Positions 39,835-49,467 are shown, counted from the first letter of the stretch. The stretch: DNA of 64,000 nt from an uncultured Verrucomicrobiaceae bacterium (GCA_964631955.1 CAZWBA010000008.1:71312-135311), one strand, 5' to 3'. The notes: generated by a model not told the origin, from the sequence alone. A program made the numbers and translations.

Positions 39835-40650
39835 ATGACTTTTCAGCAGCCCGATCATGTATTTTTAGAGGAAAAAGAATTTGTTTTGACCGAATTTTCT
39901 GCAGGACGGTTGTTCGATCCCGAAGCACACGGCTTCTCGCCCGGGCGTATATCAACAAGCTGCTATCGGGGTTACATGTGCGATTTTCGTATCTCCGATG
40001 ATCGTCTTTTCCTCGACACGCTCACTATTGCCAACAAGAGACCTCCAACCCTTGGCGTGATACGCGATGCGCTCATGTGGGGTGCTCACAGTATTCATCG
40101 CGAAAGCAGGGGTGTTCTTGAACGCAAGCTAAATACATTGAGCGACCTTTTCACTCCCCCGGAAATTTCTCGTGGCGATACGACAAGCCATTGGGCCTAC
40201 GATTATGCCGAATGGAAGATGCCTGTATTCAACGGCGTTACGCCGGAACAAGATCGTCACGCGGAGGAAACTTTCAAGGAGGGGGAGTTCGTATCTGCGA
40301 CCTTATCGTGGTCGCCCTCATGGCATGGCTATGACATCTACAGAAAGCTGGCATTTCCGCTGTCTTACACCGGAGCTGTCCTGCTGGGAGCTAATAAACC
40401 AGATGATTTGTTTCAAATGACCGGTTGTGCCATGCCACAAGACTACGACATCGTGCTGCAGGTGGAGTTTGAGGAGGGGGCCGTAACCGCCTGCAAGGAT
40501 GTATCCGAAATTTTTGCGACGTTCCGCGCCCGATATGAGCGCAACATCTATGAGGACTACGACCTGGACTATACAGGCCCCTTTCCGGACTTACAGCGCA
40601 ATGGTCGCCGTTACCTGAAACGGCACCTGGCGCCCGGCTTCACCTTCTGA
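39835..40650 (+). CDS. Hypothetical protein (271 aa), orphan cargo of the tmRNA-adjacent islet
   Basis: GGAGAGAA RBS, intact ORF, no signal peptide or TM segment, no motif I recognise. Preceded by a very AT-rich spacer. Confidence 0.6.
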   Translation: MTFQQPDHVFLEEKEFVLTEFSAGRLFDPEAHGFSPGRISTSCYRGYMCDFRISDDRLFLDTLTIANKRPPTLGVIRDALMWGAHSIHRESRGVLERKLNTLSDLFTPPEISRGDTTSHWAYDYAEWKMPVFNGVTPEQDRHAEETFKEGEFVSATLSWSPSWHGYDIYRKLAFPLSYTGAVLLGANKPDDLFQMTGCAMPQDYDIVLQVEFEEGAVTACKDVSEIFATFRARYERNIYEDYDLDYTGPFPDLQRNGRRYLKRHLAPGFTF

Positions 40651-40716
40651 CACGGCATGCTTACCGCGGCAGCATGGACAACACTGCCGCCCCCACGCCC
40701 GCAGGTGAATTGCGGG

Positions 40717-41157
40717 CTACCATTGCAGATAAAACATCGCTTTGGCCAGCAGCACGATCATCAGCACATGGCCGAACACGCTGAAATGCAGACGCCGGGA
40801 GCGCCGGCCGTTCAGGAGGCCCCGCCGACGCCAGATCATCGCCGCGGCGAAATGCCCCAGCACGCTGATCGCAAGCAGGATTTTGAGTGTCAGCAGCGAT
40901 CCGAAGCTCGTGGCCAGCGGCTGCGATAATGATGCCCGGTGCTGCCATGCCAGGCCGATTCCTGCGCCATAGAGCGTCAGCAGCACCCAGGGCATCACTC
41001 TCACCGCCCGATTGCCGACCGCCTGCTCGACCTGTCGCATCACCTCGTGCGGCAGATGCCGGCGCACGCCCTCAAGCATGACCACCTCAAAAAAAACGGT
41101 GCCAGCAAACGCGATCGCCGCCAGCAGATGGAGCACCTGTAGTACACCGTAATTCAT
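40717..41157 (-). CDS. Integral membrane protein (146 aa, about 4 TM), unknown function
   Basis: Four hydrophobic stretches (LHLLAAIAFAGTVFF, VMPWVLLTLYGAGIGL, LLTLKILLAISVLGHF, VFGHVLMIVLLAKAMF). Backbone-like GC content. Confidence 0.65.
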   Translation of the reverse strand: MNYGVLQVLHLLAAIAFAGTVFFEVVMLEGVRRHLPHEVMRQVEQAVGNRAVRVMPWVLLTLYGAGIGLAWQHRASLSQPLATSFGSLLTLKILLAISVLGHFAAAMIWRRRGLLNGRRSRRLHFSVFGHVLMIVLLAKAMFYLQW

Positions 41158-41173
41158 GAATTTCTCCCGTGGA

Positions 41174-41908
41174 CTAACGTGTCAGTTCGTAGGCGCAAAT
41201 AGTGACGGCCGATGCGAGGTTCAACGAATCGATCGCCGCCGCACCCGAAATTCCAAAAATGTTTTCCTCCAGCGACTTCAGCCCGCTTCGCGGCACACCG
41301 CGCGCTTCGTTGCCAAATACATAGCAGTCGAAATTTTTAAAATTGGCGCTCTGAATATTTGTGCCGTGCATATCCAGGCACGCGATTTGCGAAAACCGTT
41401 CGGGCAGTGTTGCAAGCGGCACATCGATTTCCACGGGTACGTGAAAGATGGCGCCCATGCTCGCGCGCACGACTTTATCGTTGTAAAGATCGACACTGTT
41501 CGGACTTAACAGGCAGCGAAAATTTCCGAACCATGCGAGTGTGCGCAAAACGGTACCGAGATTGCCGGGGTCCTGAATTTCATGCAGATAAATTGCGCGC
41601 GCACCGGTCTGGGCGGTCTGGAGCTGCGCGTGTGCGAGGTCCAGCATGGGCACCACCGCAACGATACCCTGCGGCGTTCTGGTGGCCGCAATCTGTGCGA
41701 GCTGGCGTTCGCCGATGACGCGGGTTTTCAGCGGGCTCTGCCAGTTCGAATACGCATCGGTGACATACAAAAGGCTTTCGCGCAGCCGCGGATTCGTGAC
41801 GAGCGCCTTCTGCAATTCCAGTATCAGATGCTCGCCCTCCAGCAAAAAATGACCGAATTCATCGCGGTATTTTTTCTGGTGAAGTTTTTTGACGTCATCC
41901 CATTTCAT
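41174..41908 (-). CDS. TrmH/SpoU-family RNA 2'-O-methyltransferase
   Basis: IQDPGNLGTVLRT, YVFGNEARGVP and LNLASAVTICAYE are SpoU motifs 1-3. Confidence 0.88.
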   Translation of the reverse strand: MKWDDVKKLHQKKYRDEFGHFLLEGEHLILELQKALVTNPRLRESLLYVTDAYSNWQSPLKTRVIGERQLAQIAATRTPQGIVAVVPMLDLAHAQLQTAQTGARAIYLHEIQDPGNLGTVLRTLAWFGNFRCLLSPNSVDLYNDKVVRASMGAIFHVPVEIDVPLATLPERFSQIACLDMHGTNIQSANFKNFDCYVFGNEARGVPRSGLKSLEENIFGISGAAAIDSLNLASAVTICAYELTR

Positions 41909-41942
41909 TTTTTTAACCCGACGGCTTTACGTTTGCGCTCGA

Positions 41943-43604
41943 TCACACCGATACGAATTCGGCCACAATATTTTTTGCAACCGCTTCTGCAATTTTTATC
42001 CCGTCGACACCTGCCGATAAAATCCCGCCCGCATAGCCAGCGCCCTCGCCTGCCGGATACAGACCCCGCGTATTGAGGCTCTGCAGCGTTTCGTGATCGC
42101 GCGTGATACGCACGGGGGATGACGTGCGCGTTTCCACGCCTGTCAGCACCGCATCGTCTCGATCGAATCCGTGAAGCTGTCTGCCGAAGGCGGGCAATGC
42201 TTCGCGTATCGCCTCGATGGCATACGCAGGCAGTGCGCTGGCAAGATCGGTGAGATGGACGCCGGGCCTGTACGAAGGCTCGACTTCGCCGAGAGCTTTC
42301 GAGGGCACGCCGCGAATAAAATCGCCGACCAGTTGCGCAGGCGCACAGTAATCGCTGCCGCCCAGCACGAATGCGTGCGATTCGAGCTTCTCCTGCAATG
42401 CCACGCCGGCCAGCACATCGCCGGGAAAATCCTTTTCAGGATCGATGCCGACCACAATACCCGCGTTCGCATTGCGTTCGTTGCGCGAATACTGACTCAT
42501 GCCGTTGGTGACGACACGCTCCGGCTCCGATGTCGCCGCGACGACCGTACCGCCAGGGCACATGCAGAAACTATAAACAGCGCGGCCCTTTCCGTGACCA
42601 CGAGTGGCGTGATAAACCAGTTTGTAATCGGCCGCGCCGAGCTCGGAATGCCCGGCATATTTCCCGAGGCGCGCGCTGTCGATGAGAGACTGCGGATGCT
42701 CGATGCGAAAACCAATCGCAAACGGTTTCGCTTCGATATAGACACCGCGCTTTTGCAGCATGCGAAACGTGTCGCGCGAGCTATGACCGAGCGCGAGGAC
42801 GACATGACGCGAATAAATCGTTTCGCCATTCGCCAGCACGACACCTTCGACCGCCCCCTTTTTCTTATCTGAGGGCTCGATCAATAAATCGGTGACGCGG
42901 CTATCAAAACGGACTTCGCCACCGAGCGCGATAATTTCCTCACGCATCGCAGCCACCACGCCAGTCAGACGAAACGTGCCGATATGCGGCTTGCTCACGT
43001 ACAGAATTTCTTCAGGCGCGCCGGCACGCACGAATTCATGCATGACTTTACGTCCATAAAATTTCGGATCCTTGATCTGGCTGTAGAGCTTTCCATCCGA
43101 AAACAAACCCGCGCCACCCTCGCCGAATTGCACATTCGATTCGGATGTGAGGATTTTTTTCCGCCACAAATCCCATGTATCCCTGGTGCGCCGACGTACA
43201 TCCCTGCCGCGCTCCAGCACAAGCGGCTGAAACCCCATCTGCGCCAGCACTAACGCCGCGAATAAGCCGCACGGACCGAAACCGATGACGACGGGACGTG
43301 CGCGTTTGTCGTTCGCAAACCCGGAAGGCGCTTGCGCAACCGGATAATAATTCATGTCGGGTGCAGGTTTTATGTGCGCATCGCCGGCGAATCGCCGCAA
43401 CACCTCTGCCTCGCCGCGCACGTCGACATCGACGATATAGACGAACAGGATCGCGCTGTTTTTTCTGCGCGCGTCGTAACTGCGCTTGAACATATGAATC
43501 GCCAGCACATCATCGGCGCCAATTTGCAGGCGTCCGGCGATGGCAGCGCGCAAGGCGTCGGCGGGATGATCGAGTGGCAGGGCGAGTTCGGTGATGCGAA
43601 TCAT
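41943..43604 (-). CDS. FAD-dependent oxidoreductase (COG2509-like)
   Basis: PVVIGFGPCGLFAALVL dinucleotide-binding motif and C-terminal GLYPAGEGAGYAGGILSAGVDG. Start placed at the ATG at 43604 (MIRITEL...). Confidence 0.85.
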   Translation of the reverse strand: MIRITELALPLDHPADALRAAIAGRLQIGADDVLAIHMFKRSYDARRKNSAILFVYIVDVDVRGEAEVLRRFAGDAHIKPAPDMNYYPVAQAPSGFANDKRARPVVIGFGPCGLFAALVLAQMGFQPLVLERGRDVRRRTRDTWDLWRKKILTSESNVQFGEGGAGLFSDGKLYSQIKDPKFYGRKVMHEFVRAGAPEEILYVSKPHIGTFRLTGVVAAMREEIIALGGEVRFDSRVTDLLIEPSDKKKGAVEGVVLANGETIYSRHVVLALGHSSRDTFRMLQKRGVYIEAKPFAIGFRIEHPQSLIDSARLGKYAGHSELGAADYKLVYHATRGHGKGRAVYSFCMCPGGTVVAATSEPERVVTNGMSQYSRNERNANAGIVVGIDPEKDFPGDVLAGVALQEKLESHAFVLGGSDYCAPAQLVGDFIRGVPSKALGEVEPSYRPGVHLTDLASALPAYAIEAIREALPAFGRQLHGFDRDDAVLTGVETRTSSPVRITRDHETLQSLNTRGLYPAGEGAGYAGGILSAGVDGIKIAEAVAKNIVAEFVSV

Positions 43605-43716
43605 CGGAGATCCTGGCCGGTAGCCCCGGCAGAGGAATGAGCGGGTAGAATGGGCGCGAATTATACGTTGAGCCTTCCCTCTTTTCCAAAAGAGGGATCG
43701 AGGGGATTTCAGAAAG

Positions 43717-44340
43717 ATGGCACGATCCAAAAGCAGTCACCGCTGGATGCAGGAACACGTCAACGACCCCTACGTCAAACAGGCGCAGAAAGACGGTTAC
43801 CGCTCGCGCGCTGCGTACAAACTCATCGAGCTGAACGAAAAGGACAAGCTGATTCGCCCCGGCATGCTGATCATGGATCTGGGCTCGACGCCCGGCGGCT
43901 GGTCCCAAATCGCGGGGCGTCTCGTCGGCGATCATGGTCGCGTTATCGCCACCGACATTCTGCCGATGGATGCGCTCGAAAATGTCGATTTCATTCAGGG
44001 TGATTTCACCGAACAAATCGTGTTCGATCAATTGCTCACGCTGCTGGGCGAACGCAAACCCGATCTAATCATTTCGGATATGGCGCCGAATCTGAGCGGA
44101 ATCGATTCGGCCGATCAGGCGTCGTCGATTTATCTGCTCGAACTCGCGCTCGATATGGCGCGGCGCGTATTGAAACCCAAAGGCAATTTCGTGGCGAAGG
44201 TTTTTCAGGGTGAAGGCTCGGACGATTTTCTGAAAGAATTGCGCACATCGTTCGAGAAAGTCGTGGTTCGCAAACCCGCGGCGTCGCGTTCGCGTTCTCG
44301 TGAAGTCTATGTCGTCGCAAAAAATTTTAATGGACCCTAG
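43717..44340 (+). CDS. rlmE: 23S rRNA (uridine2552-2'-O)-methyltransferase RlmE (FtsJ)
   Basis: SSHRWMQEHVNDPYVKQAQKDGYRSRAAYKLIELNEKDKLIRPGMLIMDLGSTPGGWSQ closely parallels E. coli RlmE. Confidence 0.95.
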   Translation: MARSKSSHRWMQEHVNDPYVKQAQKDGYRSRAAYKLIELNEKDKLIRPGMLIMDLGSTPGGWSQIAGRLVGDHGRVIATDILPMDALENVDFIQGDFTEQIVFDQLLTLLGERKPDLIISDMAPNLSGIDSADQASSIYLLELALDMARRVLKPKGNFVAKVFQGEGSDDFLKELRTSFEKVVVRKPAASRSRSREVYVVAKNFNGP

Positions 44341-44384
44341 AGAAATACCTTTTCCATTTAAATTTTTCGCACCTGGTTCGCCCT

Positions 44385-45572
44385 TTAAAGCTTCAGCACT
44401 TCGCGTGTGTGACGCGCAATCATCAGCTCCTCGTTGGTCGGAATGACCCACACCGAAATACCTGCTCCAGAGGCGGAAATACAGGGAGCGTTTGCCCGAT
44501 TCGCCGCTTCATCCACCGTAATGCCGAGCCATGCCAGACGGGCGCCGATCAGCGAGCGAATTTCCGCCGATCGCTCACCGATACCCGCGGTAAATACCAG
44601 CGCATCGATGCCACCCAGCGTCGCCGTTAGAGAGGCAATTTCGCGCGCCACATGAAACACGAAATATTCGACGGCGAGTCTGGCTCGGGACTCGTGCGAT
44701 TCCAGCAGATCGCGCATGTCGGATGAAATGCCGGAAATGCCGAGCAGGCCGGACTTCTTGTAAAACAGCGATTCCAGATCGTCGACACTCATATTGCGTT
44801 CGCGCAACAGATAGAGAATGACACCGGGGTCGAGCTGGCCGCAGCGTGTGCCCATCGGCAAACCGTCGAGCGCGCTGAAACCCATCGTCGAATCGATGCT
44901 GCGCCCCACGTTCAACGCGCACAAACTGGCGCCGCTGCCGAGATGTGCGACGATAACGCGACGCTGCGCGATAGCGGGCGCAATGCTGCGCAGTGCATGC
45001 GCGATATATTCGTAGGAGAGGCCGTGAAAACCATAGCGCCTCACACCCGCCTCGTATAACTCGTAGGGCAGCGCGAATAATTCGGTCACGACATCGTGTT
45101 CCTGATGAAATGCCGTATCGAAACATCCGACTTGTGGAACGCCCGGTAATGCCTTCGCCATGGCGCGCACGACAGCGAGATTATGCGGTTGATGCAGCGG
45201 CGCCAGAGGATTAAATGTTTCGAGATAAGCGATTACTTCATCGTCCAGACACAGCGGCGCGCTGTATCGCGAACCACCGTGCACGATGCGATGACCGACG
45301 GCGATAATTTCTGTCGTGCTGCTACGCTCTGCTATCGCCTTCGCCAACGATGCGGTCGCCGTCTGTGGAGAGCCCGCCTCGCTTGCACTCAGCGATCGCT
45401 CGTGGCGATCTTCCCCTTCCTGCACGATTAAACGCGAGCGGGCACTGCCGATCCCTTCAATTTGCCCGCGCAAATCCAGGACGAGTTCGCCGCTGTCGCT
45501 GATATTGAAAATACTGAACTTGAGACTTGATGAGCCTGCGTTAACGATCAACAACGCCCGACGATCACGCAT
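44385..45572 (-). CDS. ackA: Acetate kinase
   Basis: LLIVNAGSSSLKFSIF...VGHRIVHGG...GFHGLSYEY motifs. Confidence 0.95.
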   Translation of the reverse strand: MRDRRALLIVNAGSSSLKFSIFNISDSGELVLDLRGQIEGIGSARSRLIVQEGEDRHERSLSASEAGSPQTATASLAKAIAERSSTTEIIAVGHRIVHGGSRYSAPLCLDDEVIAYLETFNPLAPLHQPHNLAVVRAMAKALPGVPQVGCFDTAFHQEHDVVTELFALPYELYEAGVRRYGFHGLSYEYIAHALRSIAPAIAQRRVIVAHLGSGASLCALNVGRSIDSTMGFSALDGLPMGTRCGQLDPGVILYLLRERNMSVDDLESLFYKKSGLLGISGISSDMRDLLESHESRARLAVEYFVFHVAREIASLTATLGGIDALVFTAGIGERSAEIRSLIGARLAWLGITVDEAANRANAPCISASGAGISVWVIPTNEELMIARHTREVLKL

Positions 45573-45664
45573 GTCACTGCACCCCGGCCATTTCGCATGT
45601 GCTGCCTATGCTACATGACCGGGAAATATTATCGGGTACATGATTTAACACACGCAGAAAAATC

Positions 45665-47824
45665 CTATGCGGAGAATTTACTCACCGCCTTCTGCAAATC
45701 GATCGACAACTGCTGCAAACCCTGCGCAGCGCCCGCCGCATCACTTACCTGCCTGCTATTACGCTGTGCCGATTCGGTGATGCGTGCGATCTGCCCGGCA
45801 ATCTGTTCGCCCGTCTGCATTTGTTCGCGCGCGGCCACGACGATACCGCTGACCATGCGCACCGTTTCATCGGCACCGCTATTGATTTGATCGAGCGATT
45901 GTCCAGCGCGCGCCGCCAGTTCCGCGCTACGCTCGACTTGTGCGCGGCAGGTTTCCATTGTCGACACCGCACGCGCAGTGTCTTCCTGAATCGTTGCGAT
46001 CATCGAGGTAATGTCGTTAGCCGAACTCGATGTGCGTTGCGCCAGATTGCGCACCTCATCGGCAACCACGGAAAATCCGCGGCCCTGTTCGCCAGCACGC
46101 GCGGCCTCAATGGCCGCATTGAGCGCGAGCAGATTGGTTTGATCAGCGATGCTTTTAATCGCGTGCGTAATTTTATTGATTTCATCCGAACGGCGATCGA
46201 GCGTAATGATGAGCTCGGACAATTCGCTGATGGCCTCCGCACTTTTCTGCATCGCGTGCGTCGCTTCGCGCACGACTTCGTTGCCTTCCTGCGAAAACGT
46301 ACTCGCATTGCGTGCAATCGATTCGGTCGCACTCGCATGCTCGGCAACGCGATTGATACTTTCGGTCATTTGCGTAACGGCGTGCGCGCTCGACGATGCC
46401 GCGTCATTCTGCTCATAAGAGCCCTGCGCAACCTGCGACGACAATTGCGCGAGCGTCGATGATGAATGCATCACGCGCTCCGCCACCGCGAGCACGCTGC
46501 TGACCGTGTCGTCGATCTTGTCGACGAAACTATTGATCCAGCGCCCGAGCTCACCACCTTCATCCTGCGCCAGCTGCGCCGCATCGATTCGCTGCCCGAG
46601 CGATTCGCCACACTCGGCAATACCGAGCAGCACCCGCGACATCGCGTCGGTACGCCGGCCAAGACTCCACGCTTCCACCGCGTTGAGCGCCATGGCGACC
46701 GTACCCGCCGCACCCATGCCGACGAGCCACCATACAGGCGTCATCAATGCCGTCGTCGCCTGTAAAATGCCGAGCGCCGCAGCGCTTCCCAGCGCAGTCC
46801 ATAAAATATTTTTCAGGACGCGAAACAGCAGCGGACGGCGGCGATAAACCTCTTCGAGATCGGCCTCGCACATCATGCCCCAGCGATCGGGCGAACCCGT
46901 TACCGTGAACGTAGTGCCCTTGCCGATCACCGGCACGTGACGATAATCGGGATAACCCGGATATTTCACGAAAATATTTTCACCGCAGCGAATCGTTTCG
47001 CGCACGCCTGGATGCAACTCCTGATTTGCCGGATCGGTAAAACGCAACTCGAGTTCGGTGTGTTGTTTGACGCGAACGATGCCGTATGCGGTGCGCACAC
47101 CCTCGCGCAAATTGTCGCCGAGCGTGAATGAATCGTCCTCGAAACGCGAACGCGATAACGCAGTGCCTGCCGCGATATGCGAATCGAATTTTGATTCCAC
47201 CATGAATAAATAATTGTCGCCGGAATCGCGATAGACGTGCCCGGCTTCGCGCTGAATAATGTCGCTGAGCACATCATTCGGCACACGCCCGCACAAACAG
47301 CCGACGGTGCGACCATCGCGCGCAATCGGCTGGTAAAACATCAATGTAATCGCATCGTGAAATTTCGACGTCGTCGGACCCAGTGCCCGTGTGAGTGAAT
47401 CGCTGTAAGGACCGTGCAGAAAAGGCGCTTTCAATCCCGCCGCAACTGCACGTGCATCGAGATCGCGCTTGCCGACATGCGGCGCGTGCGTGGACGACAA
47501 CACGGCGCCCTGCTCGTCGATAATGAACAGTTCGGAAAAATCCGGCGTACGCTGACGCCATTCAGCGAGCCGATGCTCCTGTTGCGACAGCGAAGAAGAC
47601 GCTGCCTGCTGCGCCAGAGCATTCAATATTCCCCACTGGCTGTTTACCCATAATTGAATATGGTTGCGCCGGCTGGTGGCGATGCCCTCGAAAATTTGTT
47701 CGACGATGGGATAAATGGACTGATTGATAAAGCAGGAACGACCCAGACGCAATTTGCCGTTTGCGCCAAACCAGGACAGCCAGTTGCGCTCTCTCTGTGA
47801 TAACCGCATTGAATCACTCTTCAT
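45665..47824 (-). CDS. Methyl-accepting chemotaxis protein with an N-terminal Cache-like domain, a TM hairpin, HAMP and MA domains
   Basis: C-terminal [33 protein letters not shown]. Two adjacent TM helices ([44 protein letters not shown]). N-terminal [13 protein letters not shown]...[21 protein letters not shown] before the ATG at 47824. Confidence 0.92.
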   Translation of the reverse strand: MKSDSMRLSQRERNWLSWFGANGKLRLGRSCFINQSIYPIVEQIFEGIATSRRNHIQLWVNSQWGILNALAQQAASSSLSQQEHRLAEWRQRTPDFSELFIIDEQGAVLSSTHAPHVGKRDLDARAVAAGLKAPFLHGPYSDSLTRALGPTTSKFHDAITLMFYQPIARDGRTVGCLCGRVPNDVLSDIIQREAGHVYRDSGDNYLFMVESKFDSHIAAGTALSRSRFEDDSFTLGDNLREGVRTAYGIVRVKQHTELELRFTDPANQELHPGVRETIRCGENIFVKYPGYPDYRHVPVIGKGTTFTVTGSPDRWGMMCEADLEEVYRRRPLLFRVLKNILWTALGSAAALGILQATTALMTPVWWLVGMGAAGTVAMALNAVEAWSLGRRTDAMSRVLLGIAECGESLGQRIDAAQLAQDEGGELGRWINSFVDKIDDTVSSVLAVAERVMHSSSTLAQLSSQVAQGSYEQNDAASSSAHAVTQMTESINRVAEHASATESIARNASTFSQEGNEVVREATHAMQKSAEAISELSELIITLDRRSDEINKITHAIKSIADQTNLLALNAAIEAARAGEQGRGFSVVADEVRNLAQRTSSSANDITSMIATIQEDTARAVSTMETCRAQVERSAELAARAGQSLDQINSGADETVRMVSGIVVAAREQMQTGEQIAGQIARITESAQRNSRQVSDAAGAAQGLQQLSIDLQKAVSKFSA

Positions 47825-48124
47825 TTTTATTCCCCGACAGCCGCCCGACGCGTAACTCATGCAAGCTGCGCAGATCAGGCACATTTATTATTCGACCGCA
47901 CCAATCCCTGCGGTAAATCGCTGTAGACCAGCGGCGCCGTTGCCGCTCCGGAATAAAAAGAAAGGTCTCAAACCCTGATCGACGAATTGCATCGCCATTG
48001 ATGAATGCCATCGATCAGGCCAGCGACATTCTGGATCAGAAAAAAGAGTAGTTCAGAACGGGGGAAATAAAAGGCGCTGTGACGAGGTGTGGACAAGCGG
48101 CCTGCAGGCGTCATCGAAACTCGC

Positions 48125-48170
48125 CGTTTTCGGGATATTTACAAAGGCGTTTTCGGGATACCTACAAATA
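48125..48170 (+). repeat. Tandem 23-bp direct repeat (19/23 identical) upstream of the small secreted-protein gene
   Basis: cgttttcgggatatttacaaagg | cgttttcgggatacctacaaata. Confidence 0.6.
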
Positions 48171-48215
48171 AGTGCCAGAGCCATTTCCGGGCAATTGGCA
48201 GCCCGGGGCGCCTTG

Positions 48216-48245
48216 TTGACACTGGGAAAATTTCACGTTTATGAT
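48216..48245 (+). promoter_or_regulatory. Candidate sigma70 promoter (TTGACA-N18-TATGAT)
   Basis: ttgaca ctgggaaaatttcacgtt tatgat, about 75 nt upstream of the ATG at 48320. Confidence 0.4.
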
Positions 48246-48319
48246 CCGTCACCGCGTATGGATGTACATGATGTCGCGGGTCATATCAAACAAATACATC
48301 ACAGAACGGATTATTTACT

Positions 48320-48646
48320 ATGCGCGCCCCGCTTCGTTTTCTCGCATTGATTCTTCTATTTTCCCCATCCGTTGTTCTTGCCGATGCAAAATCCGATATG
48401 GCGGAAATGCAGAAGCAGCTGAACCAGGAAGTCATGGACAGCGAATTCGAGACCGAGGATGTCGCGAAAATCGACGGTTACATCAAGGATGCGATGAAGA
48501 AGGATCTGAAACCCAAAACCACTCCCCCACAAAACTGGCAACCCGGCTATACCTGTGACAGCTATTATCGTCGCTATTATCGCTACAACTATTACGGATA
48601 TCGTGACTGCCTGTATCACTATCGCTATTACGGCCGTTACTGGTAA
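48320..48646 (+). CDS. Small secreted protein with an extreme Tyr/Arg-rich C-terminus (108 aa)
   Basis: Signal peptide MRAPLRFLALILLFSPSVVLA, an acidic helical middle, and the tail CDSYYRRYYRYNYYGYRDCLYHYRYYGRYW. Confidence 0.6.
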   Translation: MRAPLRFLALILLFSPSVVLADAKSDMAEMQKQLNQEVMDSEFETEDVAKIDGYIKDAMKKDLKPKTTPPQNWQPGYTCDSYYRRYYRYNYYGYRDCLYHYRYYGRYW

Positions 48647-48705
48647 GCCAGAATAATAAATACCTGCATTTCAAACCCATATACTCACATTTGAAGGAGC
48701 CCGTC

Positions 48706-49467
48706 ATGATGACAGCGATTCGTCCGTTAAAATTCGCAGCCATCCTCAGCCTCGTCGCATTACTGGGAGGCTGCGCCGCAAGCCAGGTCGCATTGTCGAA
48801 AAAAGATCTCGACGTCCAGTCGCGCACGTCGACAGCAATCTTTGTCGATCCGGTCGCCAAAGAAAAACGCACCATCTATCTCGATATCAAAAGCGGCGTG
48901 ATGGAGTTTGACCGGCGCGCATTCAAACAATTCGTGAAAGAACAATTCACTGAGCTCAACGATAACGGTTATCAAATCATCGACGATCCCGATAAGGCCC
49001 AATTCCTCATGGTGGCTTACGTGTTGAATCTGGAAAAAGCCAGCCCGACAGCCGCAGAAGCCGCTCTCGGCCAGGGTTACATGGGAGGCGCAGTTGCCGC
49101 AGGTGCGGTCGCCGGCGGTCTGGGAAATTCATCGAACCCCTATCGCGGCGCAGTAGCCGGCGCAGTGATCGGTGGCGCAGCTGAATTCATCTCCAGCAGC
49201 CTGGTCAAGGACGTAACTTACATGCTGGTGTGCGACGTTCAGATTCAGGAGAAAGCCAAAGAGGGTGTCATCGTCCGTAAAGATACGAAAATCAACACGA
49301 AAGTATCCGATGCGGGCTCGAGTCAACAGCGGGTTTCCGAAGCAACCGATCGCAAGGAATATCGCACCCGTATTGTCACCACGGCCAACAAGGCCAATCT
49401 GAAGCTCGAAGAAGCGCAGGAGCTGATGTTCAAGAAGACCGCGTATTCGATGTCGGGATTCTTTTAA
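48706..49467 (+). CDS. traT: TraT-family complement-resistance / surface-exclusion lipoprotein homologue
   Basis: Lipobox ALLGGC. ALSKKDLDVQSRTSTAIFVDP, VTYMLVCDVQIQ and YRTRIVTTANKANLKLEEA parallel F-plasmid TraT blocks ([51 protein letters not shown], recalled from memory). GAAGGAG lies before the ATG at 48706. Confidence 0.85.
   Translation: MMTAIRPLKFAAILSLVALLGGCAASQVALSKKDLDVQSRTSTAIFVDPVAKEKRTIYLDIKSGVMEFDRRAFKQFVKEQFTELNDNGYQIIDDPDKAQFLMVAYVLNLEKASPTAAEAALGQGYMGGAVAAGAVAGGLGNSSNPYRGAVAGAVIGGAAEFISSSLVKDVTYMLVCDVQIQEKAKEGVIVRKDTKINTKVSDAGSSQQRVSEATDRKEYRTRIVTTANKANLKLEEAQELMFKKTAYSMSGFF

Noticed and set aside
39181-41200. attR copy of the tmRNA 3' end that would delimit the islet
   Set aside because: I could not find a repeat of ...ttcccctcgcctccacca or a substantial part of it by eye. 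The island boundary is therefore inferred from composition only and needs a computed search.
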